The notes under the pieces: model-generated | Databases searched by the model: none | Seen by the model: only the letters and a program-made list of their open reading frames with translations | Told to the model about the DNA's origin: nothing | Source: Gammaproteobacteria bacterium | Lineage (GTDB): Bacteria > Pseudomonadota > Gammaproteobacteria > Eutrophobiales > Eutrophobiaceae | NCBI GenBank assembly: GCA_965250225.1 | Contig: CBDFNQ010000028.1 | Coordinates: 12,438-76,437, forward strand | Direction: 5' to 3' | Length of the DNA stretch: 64,000 bases | Position numbers and translations under genes: made by a program | Shown: piece after piece, positions 38,971 to 48,400 of the stretch | How the letters are laid out: every line of letters starts with the position of its first letter | Position numbering within the stretch: the first letter of the stretch is position 1

Positions 38971-39145
38971 CTAGTTAACCTCAGCTCGGGATAAGAGACG
39001 AATTTTATAAATTCGAAGAAACTGCCGTCATTCCGGCAGTTTTTAAGCCGGAATCCAGTTAATAAACACGAGTTTTTCACTAAAAAGGTTTGGAATAACG
39101 AACATATTACTCTGTATTTTTTATCCCGAGTTTAGGTTAGTTAAG
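38971..39145. repeat. ~175-bp element with ~24-bp imperfect terminal inverted repeats that encloses a ttccggc/gccggaatccagt unit
   Basis: ctagttaacctcagctcgggataa (38971-38994) and ttatcccgagtttaggttagttaag (39121-39145). Inner unit cgtcattccggc...gccggaatccagt at 39026-39059. Confidence 0.45.
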
Positions 39146-39189
39146 TTGAGTCCATGCATTAAATTTAAGTTGAATTATTATTGTTTAAG

Positions 39190-39771
39190 ATGAATATGCT
39201 AAATAAAACCAGTCACAGAGAAGCTTATTATCAATACTTGTCAATTGTAAATAAGTTGTATGAATTAGAGGAAAAGGCAGGGATTAAACAGCAAACTATC
39301 CACTGTAAGGATAATGAGGAAATCAGAGATTCTTATTTCAATATTGAAGATCTTGATTTGCGTAAAAAATTAATAAAATTTAGACGACAATATGATCGAC
39401 TAAATAACGAATATCAGCCAGAAGGTATCTCATCTACACGTAATTCCAGTGCCAATTCTACCAACAAATATATACGTATAATACATGATCATCTCCGTCA
39501 GGTTCTGTGCTGGATCATTGCAATGTGTTTGGCTATTGCATTTGTTTATATCGGTAATCAGAATCTGGAATTTACTAGCGTTTTGTACGTTGCAATTATT
39601 GGCATTTTTATGGGTATGTTTTTTATAGAAAAAACGCGTATATGGGCGGCAACAAAACCAAAGATTAAATCCAGGATGAAACGCAAAAAAGAAAATAACG
39701 CGGATGATTATCAGGATATATTTAGCCTGAAAGAGGAAGAATCCGGTTTGCAAAATGTTCCTCTGGATTAG
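39190..39771 (+). CDS. Hypothetical membrane protein (two C-terminal TM helices)
   Basis: ORF. Hydrophobic stretches VLCWIIAMCLAIAFVYI and VLYVAIIGIFMGMFFI. Confidence 0.35.
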   Translation: MNMLNKTSHREAYYQYLSIVNKLYELEEKAGIKQQTIHCKDNEEIRDSYFNIEDLDLRKKLIKFRRQYDRLNNEYQPEGISSTRNSSANSTNKYIRIIHDHLRQVLCWIIAMCLAIAFVYIGNQNLEFTSVLYVAIIGIFMGMFFIEKTRIWAATKPKIKSRMKRKKENNADDYQDIFSLKEEESGLQNVPLD

Positions 39772-39792
39772 AGAATAAAAAACGACTTTTCA

Positions 39793-39828
39793 ATCAAATA
39801 CCACCCGCTTTGCGAGCGGTATTTGATT
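39793..39828. terminator. Hairpin between convergent genes (possible bidirectional terminator)
   Basis: atcaaatacc-acccgctttgcgagc-ggtatttgat. Confidence 0.35.
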
Positions 39829-40114
39829 ACAAATTATTTGGCCATTGAATAGAACTATGAATTACACGTAATAAATATACCGTTTCACCGATGATTTGAT
39901 AGGGAATGATATAAGGTATATCGGTAATGATTAACTCTCGTGTTTTAGGATGGCGACCCGGTCTACCAATTGCCGGGTGTTTGGATAATTGTGTTTCAGC
40001 AGAATTGATGATTTTTAATATCGTTGTTATTGCGGCCCTGGGATTATCTTCTCTTATATATTCTTCAATATGATTTAAGTCCTGGTTGGCTTTCTCAGTC
40101 CATTGAACGCGCAA
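39827..40114 (-). CDS. ParE/RelE-family toxin
   Basis: VQWTEKANQDLNHIEEYIREDNPRAA...PGRHPKTRELIITDIPYIIPYQIIGETVYLLRVIHS. Confidence 0.75.
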   Translation of the reverse strand: MRVQWTEKANQDLNHIEEYIREDNPRAAITTILKIINSAETQLSKHPAIGRPGRHPKTRELIITDIPYIIPYQIIGETVYLLRVIHSSIQWPNNL

Positions 40115-40343
40115 GTTTATTCTCCCAATCCTTTTTGAGTTCTTCGTGTGAAATGATACGGCCTTCTTTTATGTCATCCATGCCAGCCTCAACAGCTTTT
40201 AGGTACCATTCTTCATATTCAAGATATTGATCAACGGCCTGATTAATCAGCCAACCACGGGATCGATTCGTAGTTTTCGCTAATTTATCAATACGTTGTA
40301 GCTTTTCTTCCCCCATTCTTACGGAGGCTACTTTTCCGGTCAT
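40095..40343 (-). CDS. Ribbon-helix-helix antitoxin (ParD/CopG type)
   Basis: ASVRMGEEKLQRIDKLAKTTNRSRGWLINQAVDQYLE. 20-nt overlap with the toxin gene. Confidence 0.7.
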   Translation of the reverse strand: MTGKVASVRMGEEKLQRIDKLAKTTNRSRGWLINQAVDQYLEYEEWYLKAVEAGMDDIKEGRIISHEELKKDWENKLARSMD

Positions 40344-40538
40344 TGTGGTTACCTGTAGTATTATGTATACAAGGTAATACTAGACTGTTTGAATAAATTT
40401 TCAAGGGTTCGAGAGAGTAAAGATTCAGTGATTTCGTTAATCATGATTCCTAACAAATAAAATGGATGTCTATTAAATAGTCAGTCGTGAAAAACCCATA
40501 ACATATTGAATATCATATAAATAATTGATATTTTAGTG

Positions 40539-40593
40539 GTTTGGAATTGCAAGATTTTGTATAATAAGCCTCTAATTTCTTGCAATTCCAAAC
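40539..40593. repeat. Perfect 15-bp-stem hairpin with a 25-nt loop
   Basis: gtttggaattgcaag ... cttgcaattccaaac. Confidence 0.7.
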
Positions 40594-40629
40594 AACAAAA
40601 TGACACCGAAAAAGACTGATTACTCGCCT

Positions 40630-40733
40630 AAATCAAGAGGGTCAGAGTACTTGAAAAAAAGTTCTGTAAATCATTTTATAATTTTGTCTTACTTGTAATG
40701 ATTCATTTTCAAGTACTCTGACCCTCTTGATTT
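40630..40733. mobile_element. 104-bp MITE-like element with perfect 28-bp terminal inverted repeats
   Basis: aaatcaagagggtcagagtacttgaaaa (40630-40657) and ttttcaagtactctgaccctcttgattt (40706-40733). The same terminus recurs at 43664 and 45400. Confidence 0.65.
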
Positions 40734-40872
40734 GCTCTCTTGATTTGCTCTCTTGATTTGCTCTCTTGATTTGCTCTTGATTTGCTCTTGATTTCTGCTC
40801 TTGATTTCTGCTCTTGATTTCTGCTCTTGATTTCTGCTCTTGATTTCTGCTCTTGATTTCTGCTCTTGATTT
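40726..40872. repeat. Tandem array of 12 cttgattt cores (periods 13, 11 and 13 bp) growing out of the MITE terminus
   Basis: Four units with spacer g-ctct, two with g-ct or ct, then six with ctgct. Read directly. Confidence 0.9.
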
Positions 40873-41162
40873 ATATTTGTAAACAGTTGGTAATTTATTT
40901 AAATAGAGATTATATTTTATATATCCGCAGGGAAGGATAAGGTGGATAAGGATCCAGAAGGATCAATTCTCTTTTCCTTTCCTGAGTAAATAATAATTAA
41001 ATCTCTGGCTATAGAGAGAACAATATGGATATTTACCAATATCATATTGGGGGAATACTATATCTCAATGCGACGTTCCGAATCAAAACGGAGCAAGCAC
41101 CACTCGTCTTAATTGTTTTCACCTTTTAAAAATTATCACGAAACCGAAACAAAGGATTTGTG

Positions 41163-41324
41163 ATGCCAAGAAAGCAAAGGATCATCCTACCCGGTTACCC
41201 CGTACATATCTTTCAACGCGGTCATAATCGGTTAGACACGTTTTATGCTGACGAAGATTATCGTTTCTATCTTGATGCCCTCAATAAAGCCAGCAAACAA
41301 TATAGTTGTGTGGTTCATGCCTAG
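41163..41324 (+). pseudogene. RayT/COG1943 tyrosine transposase, N-terminal fragment (53 codons)
   Basis: MPRKQRIILPGYPVHIFQRGHNRLDTFYADEDYRFYLDALNKASKQYSCVVHA then a stop. It is cut where the HUH motif should follow. Confidence 0.6.
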
Positions 41325-41655
41325 TATAAGATCCGCTATCTTGAACGAATCTATTTTATCATTCTTGGCCTTGCCACCATAGAATGGCTTTCATGTACAA
41401 GGCATGCCCTAGTATGAAATCCACACCGATATCATCACAGAAGTCCGATGCCCAGTACCAACAGTGCATACACTCAACACCGACGACGACATTACCGATA
41501 TAGGGTTCAAGTAAGTCATTGAGTTTATCCGGTGTTGCTGATATTTCTTTATGACAACAGATCTTTCCTTCCTGGTCGATGATACAAACGTATAGTGAAC
41601 GGGCGTGTAAATCGATTCCGCAGTAATACGGGTGTGTGTTATTGTAGAAGTTCAT
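41322..41655 (-). pseudogene. IS110-family transposase, N-terminal fragment, frameshifted and truncated
   Basis: MNFYNNTHPYYCGIDLHARSLYVCIIDQEGK...VGVECMHCWYW...GHALYMKAI. After a 1-nt insertion the other frame reads HGGKAKNDKIDSFKIADL. It ends against the RayT fragment. Confidence 0.6.
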
Positions 41656-41793
41656 TGAGCTTTCTCCGGTTGGTTTAGGTGCCATCCACTTTAGCTCATC
41701 GCTAAACTGGAGGGGACGGCTCAATGAGTATCAATGCCATTAACGCGGACAAATTTTCCGCAGAGCGCGGCGTTAAATGTCAAAGGAGAGAGT

Positions 41794-42060
41794 ATGAAAA
41801 AGTTCGAAGCTGTATTTGTTAGTGATACCTATAAATCCAAATGCTTTGCATATATATCACTAGCTAAAAATATGCATGATATGCTAAACGTTGGGGTTTT
41901 ATATAATAAGAAAAAGGAAGAAACTCAAGGAGACTCGGGAAGTTATAGCCTCGAGCAAAAGATATTAAAAACAGAACCTGAATGTCTAAAATGGGCTGAG
42001 CAATTTGCATCAGATTTTTTTGAATGCAACGTTTCATTTAAACAAGAAGATCCCACTTAA
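41794..42060 (+). CDS. Hypothetical small protein (88 aa)
   Basis: ORF with RBS aaaggagag 5 nt upstream of the ATG. No motif recognised. Confidence 0.3.
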   Translation: MKKFEAVFVSDTYKSKCFAYISLAKNMHDMLNVGVLYNKKKEETQGDSGSYSLEQKILKTEPECLKWAEQFASDFFECNVSFKQEDPT

Positions 42061-42135
42061 CAAGTTACGGCAGCAGAAAAATCTTCCACTCGCGCTCCAG
42101 TTTTTCTGTTGCGTAAAACGTTATAGAGAAAGCAA

Positions 42136-43260
42136 ATGAATACTAATTTTTATGTTTTTGAAGTGTTCCCATGGAATAGTAATTTTGAGACAGGGAACTC
42201 AATAATTGATGAACATCATAAAGTGCTAGTCTCTTTGTTGAACAAGTTGGCCATTACTCTAATAAATCAAGATAAAGCAGAAATAGATTCAACGTTTGAA
42301 GAGTTAACTGCATATGCAAATAAGCATTTTGCTTATGAGGAGGAAATCTGGAGTAACTACTTCACTGATGACCCATGGCTTTTATCACATAATAAAACTC
42401 ATTCTTCTTTCCTTCCATCTGTGATGGACATCAAAAAACAGGCTGCAGACAAACCATTACCAGACATAATAGAAAACGTAGTTCACTTTCTAGTAAAGTG
42501 GCTAATATTTCATATCATTGATACGGACAAGCGTATGGTATTAGTGATGAATGCTCTAGAGTCTGGAGCAACAATCGATGAGGCTAAACACTTAGCAGAA
42601 GAGAAAATGACGGGGTCTAAACTAATTCTAATTGATGCAATACTTAAAATGTATGAAGGATTGTCTTCCAGGACTCTTTCTTTAATGAGAGAGATGAAGG
42701 CAAAGAAAGAGGCCGAGGAACAGCTTAATGAGGCAAATAATAAATTGGAAGCACTGATTATTACAGATCCGCTAACTTGCTTGTTCAATAGAAGACACTT
42801 TGACAATACTTTTGAATTATTGAAACGTAAGGCAATGCGAGATAAAAAAATATTATGTTTCATGCTTATAGATATAGATTATTTCAAAAATATTAATGAT
42901 TATTATGGTCATTTGATCGGTGATCAGGCTCTCGAACAGCTTGGTTCTTGTCTGCTTGAACTTTGCCGTCGCCCTGAAGATATGGCATTTCGGATCGGCG
43001 GAGACGAGTTTAGCGTTTTAACAATAAATAAAGGTAAAAAACATGCTTTCCAATTTGCTGAAAAAATTAGAATGGCAATTGAGGATTTAAAGGTTACTAA
43101 TAAACAAAGTGAGGCAAGCGACTATATGACCGTTTCCATTGGTGTCATTCATAAAATCCCTTGTATTAAAGATAATCAAGATGAATTCATTAAAGTTGCA
43201 GATAAAAGGCTTTATAAGGCTAAAACTTTAGGTAGAAACAAAGTTGTAATATCTCACTAA
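42136..43260 (+). CDS. Bacteriohemerythrin domain fused to a GGDEF diguanylate cyclase
   Basis: FPWNSNFETGNSIIDEHHKVLVSLLNKL...ANKHFAYEEE...HFLVKWLIFHI (hemerythrin His/Glu ligand pattern). C-terminal DPLTCLFNRR...DIDYFKNINDYYGH...RIGGDEFSVL. Confidence 0.8.
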   Translation: MNTNFYVFEVFPWNSNFETGNSIIDEHHKVLVSLLNKLAITLINQDKAEIDSTFEELTAYANKHFAYEEEIWSNYFTDDPWLLSHNKTHSSFLPSVMDIKKQAADKPLPDIIENVVHFLVKWLIFHIIDTDKRMVLVMNALESGATIDEAKHLAEEKMTGSKLILIDAILKMYEGLSSRTLSLMREMKAKKEAEEQLNEANNKLEALIITDPLTCLFNRRHFDNTFELLKRKAMRDKKILCFMLIDIDYFKNINDYYGHLIGDQALEQLGSCLLELCRRPEDMAFRIGGDEFSVLTINKGKKHAFQFAEKIRMAIEDLKVTNKQSEASDYMTVSIGVIHKIPCIKDNQDEFIKVADKRLYKAKTLGRNKVVISH

Positions 43261-43413
43261 TATATCAATATAATCAGCTCGACCCTGTAAATATTTCTGT
43301 GTAACGGCCAAGTTTAAATGTAATCCGTTAGTCGGTATTCGAACTCAATGATAAATCGATTGAGTGCAAGTCGGAGTATTTCAAGATAGTTGTCGCGTAA
43401 ACGTAAAAAATAG

Positions 43414-43662
43414 TTAAGCCGCCCTCTTAACCGTAGATGTATATTCATTGGCTTTATCAGGGTTTAATAACACCTCCTGAACAGGTTCCCAATTCCTTGT
43501 GTTACCTGACCAACGCTGCGGATATTTTGCTTTGGCTGCCTGATAAACTTGATGGCGTTTCGCCAGAATTGTTTTATCGTTTCCCGCGTGGCGTTGTGCC
43601 GGCGTCACAAATTTAATCGCACTATGAAGATGCTCATGGTTATACCAGCTGACAAAACCTGA
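43414..43662 (-). pseudogene. C-terminal remnant of a DDE (rve/integrase-core, IS3 or IS481-like) transposase
   Basis: VSWYNHEHLHSAIKFVTPAQRHAGNDKTILAKRHQVYQAAKAKYPQRWSGNTRNW. The upstream part is replaced by the MITE end at 43664. Confidence 0.5.
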
Positions 43663-43682
43663 GAAATCAAGAGGGTCAGAGC

Positions 43683-45043
43683 CTGAGGTATCCCCACGAA
43701 TCTCAAGATAGCCATTGATGTTTTCGTAAGAGACATTGGAATTCTTGTTCAGCCATACTGATATGTTTATCAGGCAACAAGACCCTTGTATTCTGAATCA
43801 TATGTAAGCCGATAAAGAGTACAGATAACACCCGTTTGTGTCTCACGGAATTCGCCTGAAATTGATAGTGTTGCTCACTAAGCACTGTGGCCAATCCTAA
43901 TAACCATAGAACCATCATAGCGAGACTCGCCAACAACAATAAAATTTGTAAGCGCATGACCGAAGCCGTGCGATGATAGGTCAAACTTAAACCAAATCGA
44001 TGGCTCTTCACATCACGGAAACTCTCTTCTATTTGCATCCTTAATCGGTAAAGGCGAGTAATTTTTTTGGCGAACTTGGCAGTAACGGGTAATGAGGTGG
44101 CGAGTAACCAGGGTTCACGTTGTGCTTTCGCATTTTTACGACTATGGCTATTTTTTGCAGTTTCACCTAGACGATTCTTGTGTTTACGTCCTTTCAATTT
44201 ACCTTTGTAAACGACGAACTGACAATGAATTTTGTTACGTACCGTGAGTACGCCTTCTCCCAGATGTTTGGGAGCTGCTGAAGCCCATTGGTAACATCGT
44301 TTCGCATCAAACCAACGTCCACCTGACGTCCAGCGCATATCATGACGATTACGTACACGTCCCACCCAATCCCAGCCTATCGATTCCACCAATTGAAACC
44401 AGGTCGTTCTAAACCCCGCATCGGTGATTAATATTGGTCGGCAGCTGTTCGGCAAGAGCAGTTTAAACTGATGGAGAAATTGCTCATGTGTTTTTAACTT
44501 CTCTTTGGTCTTAATCGTATGCACTTCCTCATACAAGGTGATTGCACGGCCTTCAGAGGCAATGGCTGCGCGCAGGACAAAGTGTTGTTTGTACTCATCC
44601 ATATCCGACCAATCAATCAGTATTATCGGACGTATTTGTGTCCCCACCAATTGATGACATAACGCACGATAGACTTCAATGCTCTCCTGATGAAGATGCT
44701 GATTGGATAACAGGCGATCTGCTCGTTTAATATTGTGTTTATGGCTGGTTTGGCTGTCTATGGAACGCCCCAAGTCGGTTACCGTTAAACGTTGTCCTCT
44801 CAATGCAGCCAGCACATTGGCTTCGACCGAGGCACGTCGAGTTTGATGCATATCGGGACAAGTATTCTGTATCAATTTGTGTAACACTTTCTGTGCCTGC
44901 ATGATGAAATACTCCTAATGTTGACCAAGTTTCACAACTCGATCTGATCGGAATTCATCATGTAGGTTCACATCACTATGCTGTTTTTTTATAAACCGTT
45001 GTTTTTGATCGACTTTTTATAATTATTCGTGGGGATACCTCAG
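43683..45043 (-). mobile_element. Intact IS4-family insertion sequence with IS10-like ends
   Basis: Terminal inverted repeats ctgaggtatccccacgaa (43683-43700) and ttcgtggggatacctcag (45026-45043). Flanking direct repeat ggtcagag (7-9 bp). Single 399-aa transposase ORF. Confidence 0.85.
43703..44902 (-). CDS. IS4-family DDE transposase
   Basis: ILIDWSD, LITDAGF, and the YREK signature YRLRMQIEESFRDVK. Confidence 0.85.
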   Translation of the reverse strand: MQAQKVLHKLIQNTCPDMHQTRRASVEANVLAALRGQRLTVTDLGRSIDSQTSHKHNIKRADRLLSNQHLHQESIEVYRALCHQLVGTQIRPIILIDWSDMDEYKQHFVLRAAIASEGRAITLYEEVHTIKTKEKLKTHEQFLHQFKLLLPNSCRPILITDAGFRTTWFQLVESIGWDWVGRVRNRHDMRWTSGGRWFDAKRCYQWASAAPKHLGEGVLTVRNKIHCQFVVYKGKLKGRKHKNRLGETAKNSHSRKNAKAQREPWLLATSLPVTAKFAKKITRLYRLRMQIEESFRDVKSHRFGLSLTYHRTASVMRLQILLLLASLAMMVLWLLGLATVLSEQHYQFQANSVRHKRVLSVLFIGLHMIQNTRVLLPDKHISMAEQEFQCLLRKHQWLS

Positions 45044-45099
45044 GGTCAGAGTACTTGAAAAATAAATTAAAGGACATTCAATCTATATAAAATAATGAC

Positions 45100-45240
45100 A
45101 AAGGACTTGATATACCAAGATACCCAAGGATAACCCTAGCCGGGATACCTAGTACATATTATTCAAAATGTTAATAGTCGATCAATGAAGTTTCATGCTG
45201 ACGATGATTACCGATTTTATCTTGATGCAATCAATGGAAG
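45100..45240 (+). pseudogene. Degenerate RayT N-terminal fragment
   Basis: Nucleotide-level similarity by eye to 41150-41300 (e.g. ...catgctgacgatgattaccgattttatcttgatgc...) with stops and frameshifts. Confidence 0.4.
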
Positions 45241-45399
45241 AAATAGATGTTGCTCTAAATAAAGATTAAGTGTTGGGTAATGATAAATTAGAAAGATCAT
45301 ACTGATTTTGATACAAAGGATAATAACTTTCTAATAAGATGGAGATAGAATAAGTGAATCATTCAAGTGGACGTTACTATAAAATTATTTGCAGAATCC

Positions 45400-45427
45400 T
45401 TTTCAAGCACTCTGTCCCCTTGAATTT
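45400..45427. repeat. Degenerate right-hand inverted repeat of the MITE-type element
   Basis: ttttcaagcactctgtccccttgaattt versus ttttcaagtactctgaccctcttgattt. Confidence 0.5.
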
Positions 45428-45474
45428 CTTTTTCTATCTCCACCATCCATGGCGGTCGTAATAAAAGACTATTC

Positions 45475-48400
45475 TCAGTCACTAGTCTCTGGGTCATATC
45501 CTAAGTTTGGCATCAACCAACGTTCTACCTGTGTTCTACTCATTGCTTTCCTATGAGAATAGTCTTCGACCTGATCTCTATTGATCTTGCCCAATCCAAA
45601 GTAACGTGAATCAGGATGTGAGAAATAAAAGCCACTGACGGCGGCTGTCGGATACATAGCAAAACTTTCAGTAATGGTAATTTCAGTATTCTTTTCAACG
45701 TTGAGTAATTTCCAGAGCAATCCTTTCTCGGTATGATCCGGGCAGGCAGGATAACCGGGGGCAGGCCGGATGCCTTGATATTTTTCTGCGATGAGTGCGT
45801 CATTGTCTAGGCCTTCGTCCAGTGTGTATCCCCAGAATTCTTTTCTGATTCTTTGATGTAATCGTTCAGCAAAGGCCTCGGCAAAACGATCGGCGAGTGC
45901 CTTTAATATAATCGCGCTGTAATCGTCGTGGTCGTCTTCAAATTGTTTAATGCGATCTTCCATACCAAAGCCTGTGGCGACAGCAAAGGCACCGATATAA
46001 TCTTTTACATGGGTTTCTTCCGGCGCAAGAAAATCCGCCAATGCATAATTGGCTTGGCCCGGTGGTTTTTGCGTTTGTTGTCTTAATGAATGTAATGTTG
46101 TTAACAAGCCATCCCTTTTTTCGCTGGTATAGACATCTATGTCATCGTGGCCAATGGAGTTAGCTGGAAATAAACCGAATACGCCTTTTGCGGCAAACCA
46201 TTTTTCTGAAACAATCTTTTCCAGCATGTCCTTTGCATCTTCAAAGAGTTTTGTTGCTTCCTTACCAACAATTTTATCTTCTAGTATGCGTGGGTATTTT
46301 CCGGCGAGTTCCCAGGCGATAAAGAACGGTGTCCAGTCTATGCATTCGGCTAACTCATCCAGGGGATAATCGTCGAACACGGCGATACCCAATTCTTTTG
46401 GTACGGGTGGTGTGTACTTTTTCCAATCCGCTTGAAATCGATTTGCTCTTGCCTGTTCAATCGTCAACCATTTTATTTTCGATTGTTTGCCTTTGTGTCG
46501 TTCACGCACGGTGTCGTATTCAGTTTTTATTTCTTTAACGAAATCCTCTTTCATATCAACACTGAGTAACTTCGTTGAAACGCCAACCGCACGGGATGCA
46601 TCTTTTACATGCACTACTGTTTGTTCATAACCGGGATCAATTTTCACAGCCGTATGGGCGCGTGATGTTGTTGCTCCGCCGATCATGATGGGTAGAATAA
46701 AATTCTGCCGTTGCATTTCTTTGGCAACGTGTACCATTTCATCCAGTGACGGTGTAATGAGCCCGCTTAAGCCGATTATGTCGGCTTTTTGTTCGCGAGC
46801 GGTATCGAGTATCTTTTGCGCAGGCACCATGACACCGAGATCAATGATTTCAAAATTATTACATTGCAAAACAACACCGACAATATTCTTACCGATATCG
46901 TGCACGTCGCCTTTAACCGTTGCCATGATGATCTTGCCGTTACTCTTAATTTCCCCTTCGCCTTTCTCAGCTTCAATGAAGGGCAAGAGATAGGCAACGG
47001 CCTTTTTCATGACACGCGCGCTTTTAACGACTTGTGGCAGAAACATCTTGCCGGCACCAAACAGATCGCCAACGACATTCATGCCATCCATTAACGGACC
47101 TTCAATCACGTGTATCGGTTTGTCTGCCTGCTGACGTACTTCTTCGGTATCTTCTTCGATGAATTCTGCAATACCTTTTACCAGTGCATGTGTCAGCCGT
47201 TCACCAATGGTGCCTTTACGCCATTCAAGATCCACTTTCTTTTCTTTGGTCGCGCCGGGTTTGACTGATTCGGCGAATTCAACGAGGTTATCCGTTGCAT
47301 CATCGCTGCAGTTTAATAACACGTCTTCAATGTTGTGCAATAAGTCTTTTGGTATTTCGTCATAAATGCCTAATTGGCCGGCATTGACTATGCCCATGTC
47401 CATACCCGCCTGGATGCCGTGATACAGAAAGGCAGAATGCATCGCTTCGCGAACCGGGTTATTACCACGGAACGAAAACGAGACGTTACTGAGTCCACCA
47501 CTCACCAGTGCATGAGGAAGATGTTCTTTTATTAAACGCGTTGCTTCAAAGAAGGACACGGCATAGTTATTATGTTCTTCCATGCCTGTGGCAACCGTCA
47601 GGATATTTGGATCAAAGATGATGTCTTCCGGTGGAAAGCCAACTTCATTCACCAAAATATCATATGAGCGCTTACAGACCTCAAAACGACGATCAGTGGT
47701 ATCGGCCTGACCCTGTTCATCAAACGCCATGACCACCACAGCAGCGCCATAGCGTTTTACTAATTTGGCCTGCTTGATAAATTTTTCTTCGCCTTCCTTG
47801 AGGCTGATGGAATTAACAATGCCTTTACCCTGGACACAACGCAGACCGGCTTCGATGACACTCCATTTAGAAGAGTCAATCATGATTGGCACGCGGCTGA
47901 TGTCCGGCTCCGAGGCGATCAGTTTCAGGAACTCGGCCATTAATTCCTCGGATTCGAGCATGCCTTCATCCATACAGACATCGATAATTTGTGCGCCGTT
48001 TTCAACCTGTTGACGAGCGACTTCGAGTGCTGCTTCCAGATCCTCTTCTTCCTTGACGAGTTTCAAAAATCGTGGAGAACCGGCGACATTGGTGCGTTCG
48101 CCGACATTGACAAAATTTAATTCCGATGTGATACCAAATGGCTCCAGACCACTGAGTCTTTGAACGATCGGCAAATCCGGGATCTTTCTCGGCGCGAGTC
48201 CCTTTACCACCTCGGCCATAACGCGAATATGATCGGGTGTGGTGCCACAGCAACCACCGACGATATTTAAAAAGCCGGATTCTGCCCACTCCTTTATATG
48301 CTCTGCCATGGGCTCTGGGTCGAGGTCGTATTCACCGAATTCATTCGGCAATCCGGCATTCGGATGTGCTGAAATATGCGTTTGCGAAAAGCTAGAAAGT

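Noticed and set aside
40539-40593. Hairpin considered as an integron attC site.
   Set aside because: The ends do not fit the RYYYAAC / GTTRRRY cores, there are no extrahelical-base asymmetries, and there is no intI or cassette array nearby.
40726-40872. Possible CRISPR array, since it shows regularly spaced short repeats.
   Set aside because: The units are directly abutting 11-13-bp repeats with no unique spacers. There are no cas genes, and the repeat derives from a MITE terminus.
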